Source: Candidatus Latescibacterota bacterium (GTDB lineage Bacteria; Latescibacterota; UBA2968; GCA-2709665). Taken from it: a stretch of 64,000 nucleotides of DNA. Location of the stretch: contig OZ244937.1 of assembly GCA_965222075.1 (NCBI GenBank), positions 3,680,001 through 3,744,000 of the forward strand. The letters are read 5' to 3'. The notes below the pieces were generated by a model. That model was not told the origin of the DNA. It worked only from the letters and a program-made list of their open reading frames with translations, and ran no database searches. Positions 1-9,236 of this stretch are shown one piece after another. The position numbers and the translations under genes are program-made. How positions within the stretch are numbered: the first letter of the stretch is position 1; each line of letters opens with the position of its first letter.

Positions 1-218
1 CCGCGGGCCTTGGGATAACGGCCCAGCAGGGCGGTGGACAGGGCACCTCCTCCACATCCGAGATCCAGGAAGTTCAGGATCTGCCTATTGCTGGCGGAAA
101 TCACACGCAGCATGATGTCCAGCTGTGTTTCGGCCTGAGGGATTGCCGCCCGGACGCCGGTCAGGTATTTGTTTGTGAGCTGGGAAGATTGCCAGGCACG
201 GTCTTTTCGCTGCGCCAT
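1..218 (-). CDS. Class I SAM-dependent methyltransferase (5' part; runs off window)
   Basis: Not in the ORF track. Manual translation from ATG at 218: MAQRKDRAWQSSQLTNKYLTGVRAAIPQAETQLDIMLRVISASNRQILNFLDLGCGGGALSTALLGRYPKAR. SAM motif I LDLGCGGG; RBS AAGGAG upstream. Confidence 0.85.
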   Translation of the reverse strand, partial: MAQRKDRAWQSSQLTNKYLTGVRAAIPQAETQLDIMLRVISASNRQILNFLDLGCGGGALSTALLGRYPKAR

Positions 219-246
219 CAAAACTCCTTGAAGTGTAGAGGCCAAT

Positions 247-284
247 AAAGAAAACCCGCCATCGAGTGGACTCAATGGCGGGTT
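247..284 (-). terminator. Intrinsic terminator (attenuator) upstream of the methyltransferase
   Basis: AACCCGCCAUUGAG-UCCA-CUCGAUGGCGGGUU followed by UUCUUU on the minus strand, about 30 nt before the ATG at 218. Confidence 0.8.
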
Positions 285-307
285 GCTGATGTTTTTCGTT
301 TGCGCTG

Positions 308-439
308 CTATACCATGATCCGCCACGGAGTCCCATTATTATTGACCGAATTAAGGTCTACTACAGGGCGTACGACGTCATTTACGCTGCCCCATAGCGT
401 TCGATTGAGATCCAGGGACCTGTGGCCGATGGTGTTCAT
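308..439 (-). CDS. Putative attenuator leader peptide (43 aa, Val/Asn-rich)
   Basis: MNTIGHRSLDLNRTLWGSVNDVVRPVVDLNSVNNNGTPWRIMV*; 7 Val and 7 Asn; AGGA upstream. Its 3' end carries a segment complementary to the terminator 5' arm. Confidence 0.6.
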   Translation of the reverse strand: MNTIGHRSLDLNRTLWGSVNDVVRPVVDLNSVNNNGTPWRIMV

Positions 440-481
440 GAAATTTGTCCTACTTGAAGTTTCGGCGATTGAATTCACGAA

Positions 482-510
482 AAGATAGATGGTTGCCCGT
501 GTGATGTCAA
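482..510 (-). promoter_or_regulatory. Sigma70-type promoter for the leader/methyltransferase transcript
   Basis: TTGACA (510-505), 17 bp spacer, TATCTT (487-482). Confidence 0.7.
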
Positions 511-525
511 GGTATTTTCAGGTTC

Positions 526-975
526 CTATCCGTCTGTTCTGCCGCCGCGGCCGGGTCTCCGGCCCCTTTGGAAGCGCTCACCGGCACGCAGTTTGTCCCG
601 CTGCTCCGGGGTCAGGAGCTGGTTGACCTTGAGGCGGTGGTCGACCCGGGTTTCCAGGATAAGGGAAAGGGCCTGGTTGACTTTGGCGATCCGGGTTTTG
701 ACTTCGGCAGGGTCGGGATTGTCCTGGCGCGTGATGGCATGGAGGTCCAGACGGGCGATTTTCAGGTCGGCCTCGAGGCGCGCCATGCGTTTGGCGTTGT
801 TGAGACGCAGGGACTTCAGTTTCTCCCGCTGTTCCGCCGTCAGGTCCAGCGCTTCCATCACGGCCTGCTGGCGGTGCGCCCTTCGGTCTTTTCGCCCACG
901 CCGCGCGTCCACATCGGCAACGGTCCAGACAACCGCTGCGACGGCGATCAGTGATATCAGACTTCGCGCTTTCAT
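526..975 (-). CDS. Spy/CpxP-family periplasmic chaperone (LTxxQ motif)
   Basis: Signal peptide; LDLTAEQ and LLTPEQ motifs; helical and basic. Confidence 0.8.
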   Translation of the reverse strand: MKARSLISLIAVAAVVWTVADVDARRGRKDRRAHRQQAVMEALDLTAEQREKLKSLRLNNAKRMARLEADLKIARLDLHAITRQDNPDPAEVKTRIAKVNQALSLILETRVDHRLKVNQLLTPEQRDKLRAGERFQRGRRPGRGGRTDG

Positions 976-1055
976 GGTGGTCTCCCCTTTCTGTTATTGA
1001 AGGTTGAATATTGCCAGAATTGACTATTGGAAAATCTTCAACACCTCTCCTGTGG

Positions 1056-1490
1056 TCATGGCGGCCGGCCCCTCGGTGAGGGGCCTCGCATCCAGTGGCG
1101 CGCGAACTGGGAGAATGTTTTGTCGTATTCCTTCTGCTGTTCGGACGTGAGGATCTCCCGGATTTTCGACCGCGTGGCGGTCAACAGGTCTTTCATCCCT
1201 TTTCTGATCTCTTTGCGCTGCGCCATCATCTGTTCACGGCTTTCGTCTAAGATCCGTTTGACTTTTCGCTCCTGCTCCGGGGTGAGGTCCAGGTGTCGGG
1301 TAAACCGATGGATCAGTCTTTCCTGAGAGCGGGGGCCTCTGAATGAGGGACGACGAGAGAAAAAGGCCTTCGGAGGACGCCCCCGGCCAAGCAGCACCCA
1401 GCGCTCGACGGTCGCTCCGCACACCGCGCCGAGCAGGAAAAGCCCCAGGATGAGCAGCACGGCTTTTGATCTGGAAGAGAGAGAGAGCAT
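1056..1490 (-). CDS. Spy/CpxP-like membrane-anchored periplasmic protein
   Basis: N-terminal TM helix; LDLTPEQ and ILTSEQ motifs. Confidence 0.7.
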   Translation of the reverse strand: MLSLSSRSKAVLLILGLFLLGAVCGATVERWVLLGRGRPPKAFFSRRPSFRGPRSQERLIHRFTRHLDLTPEQERKVKRILDESREQMMAQRKEIRKGMKDLLTATRSKIREILTSEQQKEYDKTFSQFARHWMRGPSPRGRPP

Positions 1491-1493
1491 GGG

Positions 1494-1964
1494 TTACCTC
1501 GGCTGCGATGACGGTTCGGCAACAGAACCGGTCAGGAGAAGGATGTCGTCGCGAGAGAGTTCGGTGTCGTTCAGAACCAGTTCTTCGGGGCCTTCCCACT
1601 GCGCCTTGAGGTAGTCCTCCAGTGTTACGGTGGGATCGTCGCCGTTGAGGCTGCCCATTACGGCCAGCAGCAGCACTGCGGCCGCGGCCAGGAAGGGGAC
1701 CAGCCGCACCCCGGCCCACTCGAAGTGCCCCCAGAAGAGGATGACCTTCTCAGCCCGGATACGCTCGGCAACCCCGTCCCAGAGGCCGGGCGAGGGGTCC
1801 TTGAACCTGCATTTGACCGCGTCCTGGATGCGCCTGAGGTAGGCCAGTTCCTCACCGCAGTCCGTGCAGAGGGCGAGGTGGGCCTCAATCTGGCGTACCT
1901 CACCTTCTGTAAGGTTGTCATCCAAATAGGGTAAGAGGCGTTCTTTGACGTGGGTCTCGTTCAT
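1494..1964 (-). CDS. Zinc-finger (zf-HC2) anti-sigma factor
   Basis: HLALCTDC (HxxxCxxC) plus one TM helix; ATG at 1964 overlaps the sigma stop codon (ATGA). Confidence 0.85.
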   Translation of the reverse strand: MNETHVKERLLPYLDDNLTEGEVRQIEAHLALCTDCGEELAYLRRIQDAVKCRFKDPSPGLWDGVAERIRAEKVILFWGHFEWAGVRLVPFLAAAAVLLLAVMGSLNGDDPTVTLEDYLKAQWEGPEELVLNDTELSRDDILLLTGSVAEPSSQPR

Positions 1965-2551
1965 GCCGGTTCCCCCCCAGTCCATTCGGTGTAGATCGGC
2001 CGCAGCAGGTCTCTCAGGTGCGCCCGTGCCCGCGAGAGCCGGGATTTGACCGTGCCGACGGAACAGTTCAGCGCATCGGCGATTTCGTCCTGCGACAGCC
2101 CTTCGATGTCTTTGAGCACGACCACCGCGCGGTGGTCGGGTGAGAGGCTATTGAGTACGGCCTGGATGCTTTCTTGCAGTTCAGTCCGTTCCAGGTCATT
2201 TTCGGGGTGCCGGGTTTCAAAGAGACGTTCGGGCGAGATCTTTCTGGATTCCACGAGGGCTTCCAGAGAGACACCATCGGGCCGGCGGCGTTCCTTCTGG
2301 GCTGCATTGAGACAGGTGTTTACAGCAATGCGATAGAGCCATGTGTAGAATCCGGATTCCGCCCGAAAGTCCGACAGGGCCTGATAGGCCCGAAAAAAGG
2401 CTTCCTGGGCCGCATCCCGGGCGGCCTCCCGGTCACCCAAGATGGAACAGGCCAGGGTGTAAATCCGTCCCTCGTAACGTTCCACCAGTTTCCGGAACGC
2501 CTGGAGATCCCCCTTCTGACACCGTCTGACCAGTTTCAGGTCTTCGTCCAT
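1961..2551 (-). CDS. ECF RNA polymerase sigma factor
   Basis: Region 2 (DAAQEAF, FYTWLYRIAVN) and region 4 (GLSQDEIA...GTVKSRLSRAR). Confidence 0.95.
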   Translation of the reverse strand: MDEDLKLVRRCQKGDLQAFRKLVERYEGRIYTLACSILGDREAARDAAQEAFFRAYQALSDFRAESGFYTWLYRIAVNTCLNAAQKERRRPDGVSLEALVESRKISPERLFETRHPENDLERTELQESIQAVLNSLSPDHRAVVVLKDIEGLSQDEIADALNCSVGTVKSRLSRARAHLRDLLRPIYTEWTGGEPA

Positions 2552-2680
2552 TCAGGCTCCCGGAGGTAATCGGTAGTCAGTCCTCAGTAAACCGAAAGCA
2601 ACCACGGATGGACTACGGATAAAGGGATCAAAAGATGAGGACTGAAGGCTGGCGGCCAGGTTTCGGTGTTTCTAATATCT

Positions 2681-2708
2681 TAGACAGCAGGTGGCTTGTA
2701 GACGTTCC
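2681..2708 (-). promoter_or_regulatory. Putative ECF-type autoregulatory promoter
   Basis: GGAAC-18 nt-GTCTA upstream of the ECF gene, directly after the ilvB terminator. Confidence 0.55.
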
Positions 2709-2717
2709 AACCGGATC

Positions 2718-2750
2718 AAAAAAAAAGGGTGTCGCTTGTAGGCGACACCC
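2718..2750 (-). terminator. Intrinsic terminator of ilvB
   Basis: GGGTGTCGC/GCGACACCC 9-bp stem plus 9 U on the minus strand. Confidence 0.9.
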
Positions 2751-2776
2751 GGTAGCGTCGGTTGTTTTGCGGGTTT

Positions 2777-4555
2777 CTATTCGGTGATGATGTCCGCAAA
2801 GGTCTTTCCGGAGGGGATCATGGGCAGCACGTGCTCCTGATAGGGCACGATGACGTCAAGGAGGTAAGGCCCCGGTGTTTGGATCATACGCTCCAGAGCA
2901 GCGGGCAGGTCCTTTTTATGTACCACCTGCTCGGCGGGGATGCGGAATCCGCCGGCGATTTTGACAAAGTCGGGATGAAAGCCTTTCCCTTCCGGATCTC
3001 CGATGAAGGTATGCCCCCTGTTGCTTTCGTACAATATATCTTCCCACTGGACCACCATGCCCAGGTGCTGGTTGTTCAGGATCATTGTCTTCACCGGAAT
3101 CTTTTCGGCGTAGAGGGTGGCCAGTTCCTGGACGTTCATGACAAAGCTGCCGTCCCCGTCGATGTCGATCACCAGGGCGTCGGGCCTGGCCATTTGCGCA
3201 CCCAGGGCCGCAGGCAGACCAAATCCCATTGCCCCAAGGCCGCCGGAGGTGAGCCAGTTGCGGGGTTCGTCAAAAAGGTAATACTGTGCCGCCCACATCT
3301 GGTGCTGGCCCACGCCTGTGGTGATGATGGCCTTTCCCTTTGTCAGTCTGTAGAGCAGGTCGATGGCATACTGCGGCAGGATTTCGTCTTTCAGGTCTTT
3401 GTATCTCATGGGGTGTTTTTTGCGCCAGGTGTCCAGTTCGGCGTGCCAGGCGCTGTAGTCGCCCGGTTCGACCAGGCCGTTGAGGTCTTCTAAGGCGTAC
3501 TTGACGTCGCTAACAACCGAGATATGGGCCTCTTTGTTTTTGTTGATTTCCGAGGGGTCAATGTCGATATGTACGATCTTTCCATGCTTGCAAAATTCTT
3601 CGAGCTTTCCGGTCACGCGGTCGTCGAACCGGACGCCCATGGCCAGCAGGAGGTCAGCGTGGTTGATGGCGTAGTTGGCATAAACGGTGCCGTGCATGCC
3701 CACCATCCGGAGCGAGAGGGGATCGTTTTCCGGGAAGACGCCCAATCCCATCAGGGTCTGCACCACCGGGATGTGGGTTTTCCTGACCAGTTCGCGGAGT
3801 TCATCAGCACCCCCAGAGGAGACGACGCCTCCTCCAACGTAGAGGACGGGGCGTTTGGACTCCCGAATGGCCTGCGCCACGACTTGAATCTCTTCCCGGC
3901 CGGCCCGCACGTGTGGGTTGTAGCTGCGGATCGCAACCTGGTCTGGATAGATGGGCACGGTGTAGCCCTGCTGGACGTCTTTGGGGACGTCGATCAGAAC
4001 CGGCCCGGGGCGTCCGGTATTTGCGATGTAGAAGGCCTCTTTGACGATTCTTGGGATGTTATCGATGTGATCCACCAGGAAGTTATGTTTTGTAATCTGG
4101 CGGGTGACCTCAATAATGGGTGTCTCCTGAAAGGCGTCTCCCCCCATGAGGTGGGTTGGGACCTGGCCCGTGATGGCGACAACAGGCACGGAGTCCATTT
4201 TGGCATCTGCCAGCCCGGTTACCAGGTTGGTAGCCCCTGGCCCTGAGGTGGCGATGCAGACGCCCACCTTGCCGGATGCCTTGGCATAGCCCTCTGCGGC
4301 GAAGATTTCGCCCTGTTCGTGCCGGCAGAGCACACACCGGATGTTGGACCGGGTGATCGCCTGGTGGATTTCCATGCTGGCCCCGCCCGGGTATCCGAAG
4401 ACCAGATCAACGCCTTGCCTCGCCAGGGCTTCCACCAGGATGTCGGCGCCTTTTACCGGTTCTGCAGACGGTTGGGGAGGGGCCTGGGACATCGCTACCC
4501 GCTCTGCGCGCCCGTTGTCTTTCAGGGCGTCTACGGCCTCTGGTTTGTTTGCCAT
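2777..4555 (-). CDS. ilvB: Acetolactate synthase, large (catalytic) subunit
   Basis: [22 protein letters not shown] motif GDGSFVMN...[19 protein letters not shown]. Confidence 0.95.
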   Translation of the reverse strand: MANKPEAVDALKDNGRAERVAMSQAPPQPSAEPVKGADILVEALARQGVDLVFGYPGGASMEIHQAITRSNIRCVLCRHEQGEIFAAEGYAKASGKVGVCIATSGPGATNLVTGLADAKMDSVPVVAITGQVPTHLMGGDAFQETPIIEVTRQITKHNFLVDHIDNIPRIVKEAFYIANTGRPGPVLIDVPKDVQQGYTVPIYPDQVAIRSYNPHVRAGREEIQVVAQAIRESKRPVLYVGGGVVSSGGADELRELVRKTHIPVVQTLMGLGVFPENDPLSLRMVGMHGTVYANYAINHADLLLAMGVRFDDRVTGKLEEFCKHGKIVHIDIDPSEINKNKEAHISVVSDVKYALEDLNGLVEPGDYSAWHAELDTWRKKHPMRYKDLKDEILPQYAIDLLYRLTKGKAIITTGVGQHQMWAAQYYLFDEPRNWLTSGGLGAMGFGLPAALGAQMARPDALVIDIDGDGSFVMNVQELATLYAEKIPVKTMILNNQHLGMVVQWEDILYESNRGHTFIGDPEGKGFHPDFVKIAGGFRIPAEQVVHKKDLPAALERMIQTPGPYLLDVIVPYQEHVLPMIPSGKTFADIITE

Positions 4556-4610
4556 CGGTTTTTCCTCCTCATGTCAAGTCTTTTCCTCTTTGTGCGGTAT
4601 TCCCACCTCC

Positions 4611-5375
4611 TTACCCCTTCTCCAACGCCCGAATTCGATCCCGGAGTTTGGCCGCTTTTTCAAACTCCTCTTTTTCAATGGCCTCTGTCAGCTCTTTTTG
4701 GAGCCGCTCCGACCGGCTGAGGGGTCGTTTTTTTGCGATTTCCGCTTCCAGCTCCTTGAGCGCCTGCTGGGATCGCTTTTTTTCCATGTCGAATTCCTCT
4801 GCGCCCACATCCTCTAAGTTCTCGATTTCCTCCAGCGCCTCGCGGATGATGTCCAGGGCCGAGTCGTAATTCTCGTTCTGGACGTTGATCATGACCCGGG
4901 CGACGGCGTGAATTCTGAGGATGTAGGGCCACCACCGTTCCAGGTTTACCCTGTCTTCTTCGTGTTCTGCATGCTGGTTGACAAACCGGAAGACGTCCAT
5001 GTTCCGTTCGGTATCCCGGATCACCCGGTTGTAATCCTGAATTTGGAGGAGAAAGACGTAGCGCTCGTAGAGCCTCCTGCTTTCATCGAAGATCTCTGCA
5101 CAGGCCTCCCGATTGAGCGTAAACCTGCTGTCGGTGTCCCGCTTGGCGGTATGCTTCTGGAGGACATCTTTATAAAAATCAAGGGCAAAGGTCCGGTCGT
5201 GGGGTCTTTCTCCGTCCGGCCTTCCGTCGAGTTCCATCTGGAGGATGCCCTGGAACGCCCCCTGGTCCACCCTGACCTGGATTTTTTCCGCTCCGTCGAA
5301 GTCGATGACCTTGCGGATGCTGTTTTGCGCGTCGTAGGGCCAGGTTTTTAAAATACGTCCGATGTCTTCCGGCAT
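4611..5375 (-). CDS. UvrB/UvrC-motif-containing protein
   Basis: C-terminal UVR motif LTEAIEKEEFEKAAKLRDRI; N-terminal GILQMELDGRPDG segment. Confidence 0.7.
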   Translation of the reverse strand: MPEDIGRILKTWPYDAQNSIRKVIDFDGAEKIQVRVDQGAFQGILQMELDGRPDGERPHDRTFALDFYKDVLQKHTAKRDTDSRFTLNREACAEIFDESRRLYERYVFLLQIQDYNRVIRDTERNMDVFRFVNQHAEHEEDRVNLERWWPYILRIHAVARVMINVQNENYDSALDIIREALEEIENLEDVGAEEFDMEKKRSQQALKELEAEIAKKRPLSRSERLQKELTEAIEKEEFEKAAKLRDRIRALEKG

Positions 5376-5582
5376 TTCGTTCTCCTGCGGCGCAGCACAT
5401 TCATCTCAGGTTTCAGGTTTCAACACCATTTAAATCTAATGCAGTCGGCCGAGAAAAGCAAGGGTAAACGGATTGGGGATTTTGGATTGAACCCTCTCAA
5501 ATCTCCAATCCGAAGCGGTCTACCTCACTATAAATAGACCTATCGACAGGAGGGGGAAAAGCTTAAGGCCGGAGATTTTGGG

Positions 5583-5611
5583 TTGACTTTTGGGAGAATG
5601 GGGTCTATTTT
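5583..5611 (+). promoter_or_regulatory. Sigma70-type promoter of the NCS2 permease
   Basis: TTGACT-17 bp-TATTTT. Confidence 0.55.
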
Positions 5612-5692
5612 GCCGCTGGGAGAACCGGACTTTAACGGGGACCGACAGGTGGGGATGACGGATTTTATTCTGTTTGCGGTGAAGAGGTTTTT

Positions 5693-7003
5693 ATGGAGAT
5701 GCTGGCGAGGTTTTTCCGGTTTGAGGCGCTGGGGACGGACTGGCGCACGGAGGTGATGGGGGGAACGACGACGTTTGTTACGATGGCCTATATCGTGGCG
5801 GTAAATCCGGGGATTCTGGCCAAGGCGCTGGGACGGGAGCTGTTTCCGGAACTGCTGTTTGCCACCTGCGTATCGGCGGTGGTAGCCACGTTGATTATGG
5901 GGATTGCGGCGAATTACCCCTTTGCACTGGCGCCGGGGATGGGGCTGAATGCCTTTTTCGTCACGGTCGTTCTGGAAATGGGGGTGCGGTGGGACCTGGC
6001 CCTGGGGGTGGTGCTGGCGTCCGGGATTCTGTTTACGCTGCTGGCGCTGATGCGGGTGCGGGAGGCGATTATCAACGCGGTGCCCGAGGCGCTCAAGCAT
6101 GCCACCGCAGCGGGCATCGGGCTGTTTATTGCGTTTATCGGGTTGAAGTACGCCGGGGTGGTAGCTGCCGACCCGGTTACGCTGGTGGGCCTGGGCGAGT
6201 TGCGGACCGGGCCGGTGGGGCTGGCGCTTCTGGGGGTGGCGGGCATTGGGGTGCTGATGGTTCGGGGGGTGAAGGGGGCGATTCTGCTGGGGGTGATCGG
6301 AGTGTCAGCACTGGGGATGATTTTGGGAATAACGCCGCCGCCGGAGGGGATGTTCAGCCTGCCGGCCTGGCCGAAACATCTGTTTGGGGCGGCGGTGGTG
6401 AATCTGCCTGTGGCGTTCGACGTGGGGTTGATCGGGGTGGTGTTTGCGTTTCTTTTCGTGGATCTGTTCGATACGATGGGCACGCTGGTGGGGGTGTCCC
6501 AGCGGGCGGGGTTCTTAGATACGGCAGGGCACCTGCCCCGGGCGAATCGGGCGCTACTGGCCGATTCGTTGGGCACCGTGGTGGGGGCGATTTTCGGGAC
6601 GTCGCCGGTGACGACCTATATCGAGAGCGCGTCGGGGGTTTCGGAGGGGGCGCGGTCGGGGTTTGCCAGCGTGGTGACCGGGCTGTTCTTCTTGGCAGCG
6701 CTTTTTCTGACACCGATCGTGAAGGCGATTCCCGACTTTGCGACGGCGCCCGCGCTGATTGTGGTAGGGGTGATGATGATGGCGTCGGTGGCGCGGATAA
6801 AGTGGGAAGATATTTCAGACGCGCTGCCGGCGTTTTTAACGGTGGTTGCGATTCCGCTGACGTTCAACATTGCCAACGGGGTGGCGGTCGGGTTTGTGGC
6901 GTATCCGATTGTGAAGCGACTGGGGGGGAAGGGAGGAGACGTGCACCCGCTGGTGGATCTGCTGGCGGTGATTTTTATCGCCCGATATCTGTTTATGGAT
7001 TGA
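5693..7003 (+). CDS. NCS2/AzgA-family nucleobase (purine) permease
   Basis: TTFVTMAYI, APGMGLNAFF, DLFDTMGT, TTYIESASG; many TM helices. Confidence 0.92.
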   Translation: MEMLARFFRFEALGTDWRTEVMGGTTTFVTMAYIVAVNPGILAKALGRELFPELLFATCVSAVVATLIMGIAANYPFALAPGMGLNAFFVTVVLEMGVRWDLALGVVLASGILFTLLALMRVREAIINAVPEALKHATAAGIGLFIAFIGLKYAGVVAADPVTLVGLGELRTGPVGLALLGVAGIGVLMVRGVKGAILLGVIGVSALGMILGITPPPEGMFSLPAWPKHLFGAAVVNLPVAFDVGLIGVVFAFLFVDLFDTMGTLVGVSQRAGFLDTAGHLPRANRALLADSLGTVVGAIFGTSPVTTYIESASGVSEGARSGFASVVTGLFFLAALFLTPIVKAIPDFATAPALIVVGVMMMASVARIKWEDISDALPAFLTVVAIPLTFNIANGVAVGFVAYPIVKRLGGKGGDVHPLVDLLAVIFIARYLFMD

Positions 7004-7169
7004 ACCCCCCGCCCACCCCCGTTATTGAGGATGGAAGATGAGAGATCCTGTACAAAAAATGTAAAGGCTTGCTCGCATCCCGTCAAGTTATAGATTGCAG
7101 GTAGACGAAAAGGAAAAAGTAAAAAACACCACCGGAACAGACGGCGTCTGAAGAAGAAAGGCAGGGGCC

Positions 7170-9212
7170 ATGCGGATCGGGATCGATATTGGAGGGACGT
7201 TTACGGATGTTGCGGCGGTTTGGGGAAACGGGCAGGTGGACGTTTACAAGCTGCCTTCCACGCCGGACGACTACGGGCGGGCGGTTGTGGAGGGGGTGCG
7301 CCGGATTATCGATGCGACGGGGGTGGACGGAGCGGAGGTGGCGGAGGTGATTCACGGCACGACGGTGGCGGCCAATGCGATTTTGAGCGGTACGGGCGCC
7401 CGTACCGGGCTGATTACGACCCGTGGGTTTCGGGACGTGCTGGAGATCGGGCGGCTGCGGATGCCCAGGCTTTACGACCTTTCCTGGGAGAAGCCTCCGC
7501 CGCTGGTGCCCAGGCGGCTGAGGCTGGAGGTGACCGAACGGATTGCGGCGGACGGGAGGGTGCAGACGCCCTTGGACGAGGCGGAAGTCCAGGCTGCTGT
7601 GGACTACCTGAAGGCCGAGGGGGTGGCGTCGGTTGCCGTGTGTCTGCTCAATGCCTATGTGAATCCGGTTCACGAAGCGCAGATTGGCGAGGCGCTCCGG
7701 GGCGCGGGGGACTGGACGGTGAGTTTGTCTTTTGAGGTGCTGCCCGAGATCCGGGAGTACGAGCGGACCTCTACAGCCGTGGTCAACGCCTATGTGCTGC
7801 CGGTGGTGCAGAGCTATTTGCGCGGGCTTCGGGACCACCTTTGCGAGTTGGGGGTAGACGCGCCGCTGCGGATGATGCAGTCCGCAGGCGGGGTTACGGA
7901 TGCGCAGACAGCGGCCGAACGGCCGGTGCAGATTATCGAATCGGGGCCGGCGGCGGGTGTGGTTGCTGCTGCTGCGCTGGGGCGGCGCATCGGATGCCCG
8001 GACCTGATTGCGTTCGATATGGGGGGCACGACGGCCAAGGCCGCGCTGGTTGAGGGGGGGCAAATCCCCCGTGCGACGGACTACGAGGTGGGCGGGGGGA
8101 TTTCGCTGTCGGGGCGTTTGATGGGCGGGGGAGGCTACCCCATCCGGGTGCCGTGTGTGGACTTGGCGGAGATCGGAGCAGGTGGGGGCAGCCTTCTGTG
8201 CGTGGATGCGGGGTGGGCGCTGAGGGTGGGCCCCAAGAGCGCAGGCGTCGATCCGGGGCCGGTGTGTTACACTCGGGGCGGAACCCAGCCTACGCTGACG
8301 GACGCCAACCTGCTGCTGGGATATCTGAACCCCGACGGGCTGGCCGGAGGAACGATTCCCTTAGATCTGGAGGCGGCGCGGCGGTGTGTTACCGATGCGG
8401 TTGCCCGGCCGATGGGCCTTTCGGTTGAGGAGGCTGCGCTGGGGGCGCACCGGATTGCCGGGGCGCTGATGGTGCGGGCAGTACGGGCGGTTTCGGCCGA
8501 GCGGGGGAGGGACCCCCGGCAGTACCACCTGCTCGCGTTTGGGGGCAGCGGGCCGCTTCACGCGGCGGGGATGGCGCGAAGTTTAGAGATTCCCCGGATA
8601 CTGGTTCCGGCCGCGCCGGGCCTGTTCTGCGCGACCGGGCTTCTGGCCGCCGGGCTGCAGTACGATCTGGTTCGCACCTGCCTGAAGCGGATCGATACGC
8701 TCGGCGCAGCCGATTTTGAGACCGCCTTCGCAGAGATGGGGGAGGAGGCCGGCCGGATGCTGTCGGGGGCCAGGCTGGAGCGCAGCGCCGATTTGCGATA
8801 TGTGGGCCAGTCCTACGAACTGGGCATTCCGGTTCACGAGGGGGCAACGGAGGCCGACCTGCCGACGGAGCTGAAGGCCGCGTTTGAGACAGAGCACGAA
8901 CGGACCTACGGGCACCGGGCGGAAAGCGACCCGGTTGAAGTGGTGGCGCTTCGCCTGCGCGCGAGCCTCCCCGCGCCGGACCTGCCGCTGCCGCAGGCGG
9001 TTGCATCTGGAGATAAGGGCCGTACCCGGTCCGCCTATTTTGGGGCCTCCCACGGCTGGATCGACACGCCCGTTCTGGGGCGGGGGGATCTTCTCTCCGA
9101 GCCTGCGGAGGGACCTCTTATTGTTGAGGATTACGATTCGACCACGCTGGTTCCGCCCGACGCAACAGGATGTCTGGACGCGTGGGGGAATATTGTGATG
9201 GAGATGGCGTAG
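7170..9212 (+). CDS. Hydantoinase/oxoprolinase subunit A (HyuA-like)
   Basis: DIGGTFTD, HGTTVAANA, ESGPAAG, DMGGTT, GAGGGS, AFGGSGPLH. Confidence 0.9.
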   Translation: MRIGIDIGGTFTDVAAVWGNGQVDVYKLPSTPDDYGRAVVEGVRRIIDATGVDGAEVAEVIHGTTVAANAILSGTGARTGLITTRGFRDVLEIGRLRMPRLYDLSWEKPPPLVPRRLRLEVTERIAADGRVQTPLDEAEVQAAVDYLKAEGVASVAVCLLNAYVNPVHEAQIGEALRGAGDWTVSLSFEVLPEIREYERTSTAVVNAYVLPVVQSYLRGLRDHLCELGVDAPLRMMQSAGGVTDAQTAAERPVQIIESGPAAGVVAAAALGRRIGCPDLIAFDMGGTTAKAALVEGGQIPRATDYEVGGGISLSGRLMGGGGYPIRVPCVDLAEIGAGGGSLLCVDAGWALRVGPKSAGVDPGPVCYTRGGTQPTLTDANLLLGYLNPDGLAGGTIPLDLEAARRCVTDAVARPMGLSVEEAALGAHRIAGALMVRAVRAVSAERGRDPRQYHLLAFGGSGPLHAAGMARSLEIPRILVPAAPGLFCATGLLAAGLQYDLVRTCLKRIDTLGAADFETAFAEMGEEAGRMLSGARLERSADLRYVGQSYELGIPVHEGATEADLPTELKAAFETEHERTYGHRAESDPVEVVALRLRASLPAPDLPLPQAVASGDKGRTRSAYFGASHGWIDTPVLGRGDLLSEPAEGPLIVEDYDSTTLVPPDATGCLDAWGNIVMEMA

Positions 9213-9236
9213 CCTTTAAAAAAGTGGGTTGGATTC

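Noticed and set aside
85-336. 83-aa ORF on the minus strand (and 300-488 on plus)
   Set aside because: Runs through the terminator and overlaps the real methyltransferase in another frame; no protein-like motifs.
5400-5692. Purine riboswitch before the NCS2 permease
   Set aside because: Conserved purine-aptamer core sequences not found.
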